This document shows, piece after piece, positions 60,690 to 64,000 of a DNA stretch of 64,000 bases. Made by a program: the position numbers and the translations under genes. Every line of letters starts with the position of its first letter. Position 1 is the first letter of the stretch. A model generated the notes under the pieces. The model saw nothing but the letters and a program-made list of their open reading frames with translations, was not told where the DNA came from and searched no databases. This DNA comes from the human T2T-CHM13v2.0 reference genome, Homo sapiens: the NCBI RefSeq assembly GCF_009914755.1, contig NC_060946.1; one strand, 5' to 3'.

Positions 60690-62032
60690 GTCTGTCTGTC
60701 CGTCTGTCTGTCTCGGTCTCTGGCTCTCGCTATCTCCCGCCCTCTCTTTTTTTGCAAAAGAAGCTCAAGTACATCTAATCTAATCCCTTACCAAGGCCTG
60801 AATTCTTCACTTCTGACATCCCAGATTTGATCTCCCTACAGAATGCTGTACAGAACTGGCGAGTTGATTTCTGGACTTGGATACCTCATAGAAACTACAT
60901 ATGAATAAAGATCCAATCCTAAAATCTGGGGTGGCTTCTCCCTCGACTGTCTCGAAAAATCGTACCTCTGTTCCCCTAGGATGCCGGAAGAGTTTTCTCA
61001 ATGTGCATCTGCCCGTGTCCTAAGTGATCTGTGACCGAGCCCTGTCCGTCCTGTCTCAAATATGTACGTGCAAACACTTCTCTCCATTTCCACAACTACC
61101 CACGGCCCCTTGTGGAACCACTGGCTCTTTGAAAAAAATCCCAGAAGTGGTTTTGGCTTTTTGGCTAGGAGGCCTAAGCCTGCTGAGAACTTTCCTGCCC
61201 AGGATCCTGTGTGACCAAAAGTGCCTCTGCTGGGAGCTGGGATCCTCGGGACCATGCTTGCTAGCGCTGGATGAGTCTCTGGAAGGACGCACGGGACTCC
61301 GCAAAGCTGACCTGTCCCACCGAGGTCAAATGGATACCTCTGCATTGGCCCGAGGCCTCCGAAGTACATCACCGTCACCAACCGTCACCGTCAGCATCCT
61401 TGTGAGCCTGCCCAAGGCCCCGCCTCCGGGGAGACTCTTGGGAGCCCGGCCTTCGTCGGCTAAAGTCCAAAGGGATGGTGACTTCCACCCACAAGGTCCC
61501 CACTGAACGGCGAAGATGTGGAGCGTAGGTCAGAGAGGGGACCAGGAGGGGAGACGTCCCGACAGGCGACGAGTTCCCAAGGCTCTGGCCACCCCACCCA
61601 CGCCCCACGCCCCACGTCCCGGGCACCCGCGGGACACCGCCGCTTTATCCCCTCCTCTGTCCACAGCCGGCCCCACCCCACCACGCAACCCACGCACACA
61701 CGCTGGAGGTTCCAAAACCACACGGTGTGACTAGAGCCTGACGGAGCGAGAGCCCATTTCACGAGGTGGGAGGGGTGGGGGTGGGGTGGGTTGGGGGTTG
61801 TGGGGTCTGTGGCGAGCCCGATTCTCCCTCTTGGGTGGCTACAGGCTAGAAATGAATATCGCTTCTTGGGCGGAGGGGCTTCCTTAGGCCATCACCGCTT
61901 GCGGGACTACCTCTCAAACCCTCCCTTGAGGCCACAAAATAGATTCCACCCCACCCATCGACGTTTCCCCCGGGTGCTGGATGTATCCTGTCAAGAGACC
62001 TGAGCCTGACACCGTCGAATTAAACACCTTGA

Positions 62033-62200
<168 letters not shown>

Positions 62201-62291
62201 TAGACACGGGGTTTCACCCTCTTTCATTGGTTTTCACTGGAGATTCTAGATTCGAGCCACACCTCATTCCGTGCCACAGAGAGACTTCTTT

Positions 62292-64000
62292 TTTTTTTTT
62301 TTTTTTTTAAGCGCAACGCAACATGTCTGCCTTATTTGAGTGGCTTCCTATATCATTATAATTGTGTTATAGATGAAGAAACGGTATTAAACACTGTGCT
62401 AATGATAGTGAAAGTGAAGACAAAAGAAAGGCTATCTATTTTGTGGTTAGAATAAAGTTGCTCAGTATTTAGAGCTACCTAAATACGTCAGCATTTACAC
62501 TCTTCCTAGTAAAAGCTGGCCGATCTGAATAATCCTCCTTTAAACAAACACAATTTTTGATAGGGTTAAGATTTTTTTAAGAATGCGACTCCTGCAAAAT
62601 AGCTGAACAGACGATACACATTTAAAAAAATAACAACACAAGGATCAACCAGACTTGGGAAAAAATCGAAAACCACACAAGTCTTATGAAGAACTGAGTT
62701 CTTAAAATAGGACGGAGAACGTAGCTATCGGAAGAGAAGGCAGTATTGGCAAGTTGATTGTTACGTTGGTCAGCAGTAGCTGGCACTATCTTTTTGGCCA
62801 TCTTTCGGGCAATGTAACTACTACAGCAAAATGAGATATGATCCATTAAACAACATATTCGCAAATCAAAAAGTGTTTCAGTAATATAATGCTTCAGATT
62901 TAGAAGCAAATCAAATGATAGAACTCCACTGCTGTAATAAGTCACCCCAAAGATCACCGTATCTGACAAAATAACTACCACAGGGTTATGACTTCAGAAT
63001 CATACTTTCTCTTGATATTTACTTATGTATGTATTTATTTTTTTTAATTTATTTCTCTTGAGACGGCGTCTCGCTCTGTCGCCCAGGCTGGAGTGCGATG
63101 GTGTGATCTCGGCTCACTGCAACCGCCACCTCCCTGGGTTCAAGCGATTCTCCTGCCTCAGCCTCCCGAGTAGCTGGGACTACAGGTGCCCGCCACCACG
63201 CCCAGCTAATCTTTATACTTTTAATAGAGACGGGGTTTCACCGTGTCGGCCCGGATGGTCTCGATCTCTTGACCTCGTGACCCGCCCGCCTCGGCCTCCC
63301 AAAGTGCTGGGATGACAGGCGTGAGCCACTGAGCCCGGCCTTCTCTTGACGTTTAAACTATGAAGTCAGTCCAGAGAAACGCAATAAATGTCAACGGTGA
63401 GGATGGTGTTGAGGCAGAAGTAGGACCACACTTTTTCCTATCTTATTCAGTTGATAACAATATGACCTAGGTAGTAATTTCCTATGTGCCTACTTATACA
63501 CGAGTACAAAAGAGTAAAACAGAGAGACTGCTAAATTAAAGGGTACGTGAAGTTCTTCATAGTAACTCCGTAAACTGGAACACTGTCAAAAAGCAGCAGC
63601 TAGTGAATTGTTTCCATGTATTTTTCTATGATCCAATAAGTGAACTATGCTATTCCTTTCCAGTCTCCCAAGCACTTCTTGTCCCCATCACCACTTCGGT
63701 GCTCGAAGAAAAAGTAACAAATCAAGGAACACAACTAAAGAAACACACACACAAACCAAAGACAACTACAGCGTCTGCAAAAGTTTGCTAGAAGACTGAA
63801 ACTGTTGAGTATAAGGATCTGGTATTCTACGATCATGAGTTCACTTCAGAGTTTGTTCAAGACATACGTTTCGTAAGGAAACATCTTAGTTAGAAGTTAT
63901 TCAGCAGTAGGTACCATCCCTAAGTATTTTTCACCAAATCCGTGACAATAAAGAGCTATCTAACCAGAAAAATTAGCGAGTACCGGCACCATCCATAGGG
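62292..64000 (-). pseudogene. CDC27P: 3' (non-coding) portion of the CDC27 retrocopy in the next unit, cut off by the window end
   Basis: Copy of 18,916-20,624 at +43,376. Confidence 0.75.

Overview
This window is human (hominid) 45S ribosomal DNA with a tandem period of 43,376 bp: positions 1-20,624 recur at 43,377-64,000, and every ORF in the track shifts by exactly 43,376. It starts inside a Sal-box terminator cluster and crosses one complete intergenic spacer (IGS, about 1-29,757). The IGS holds many Alus, two ~4.5-kb long-repeat units (L1 3' fragment, inverted Alu pair, CT-rich tract), a third CT tract, a CDC27 retro-pseudogene, the p53 RGC site, a CTCF-like site, the Tsp and T0 Sal boxes and the Pol I promoter. 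One full 47S unit follows (TSS 29,758; 18S 33,419-35,287; 5.8S 36,362-36,518; 28S 37,687-42,759; five Sal boxes), then the first 20.6 kb of the next IGS. I find no credible protein-coding gene and no convincing wholly new system. The best leads are: (i) the same TAA>TCA change in about 15 Alus of different subfamilies; (ii) a dispersed duplicated IGS module with CTCF-like and RFX-like motifs, one copy preceded by an exact match to the Pol I initiator; (iii) a CDC27 copy that looks semi-processed, reading through a splice donor to a poly(A) tail between target-site duplications; (iv) a hidden ~250-bp satellite inside the CT tracts. Coordinates and counts were made by hand. Comparisons with references and consensus sequences are from memory and need an alignment.
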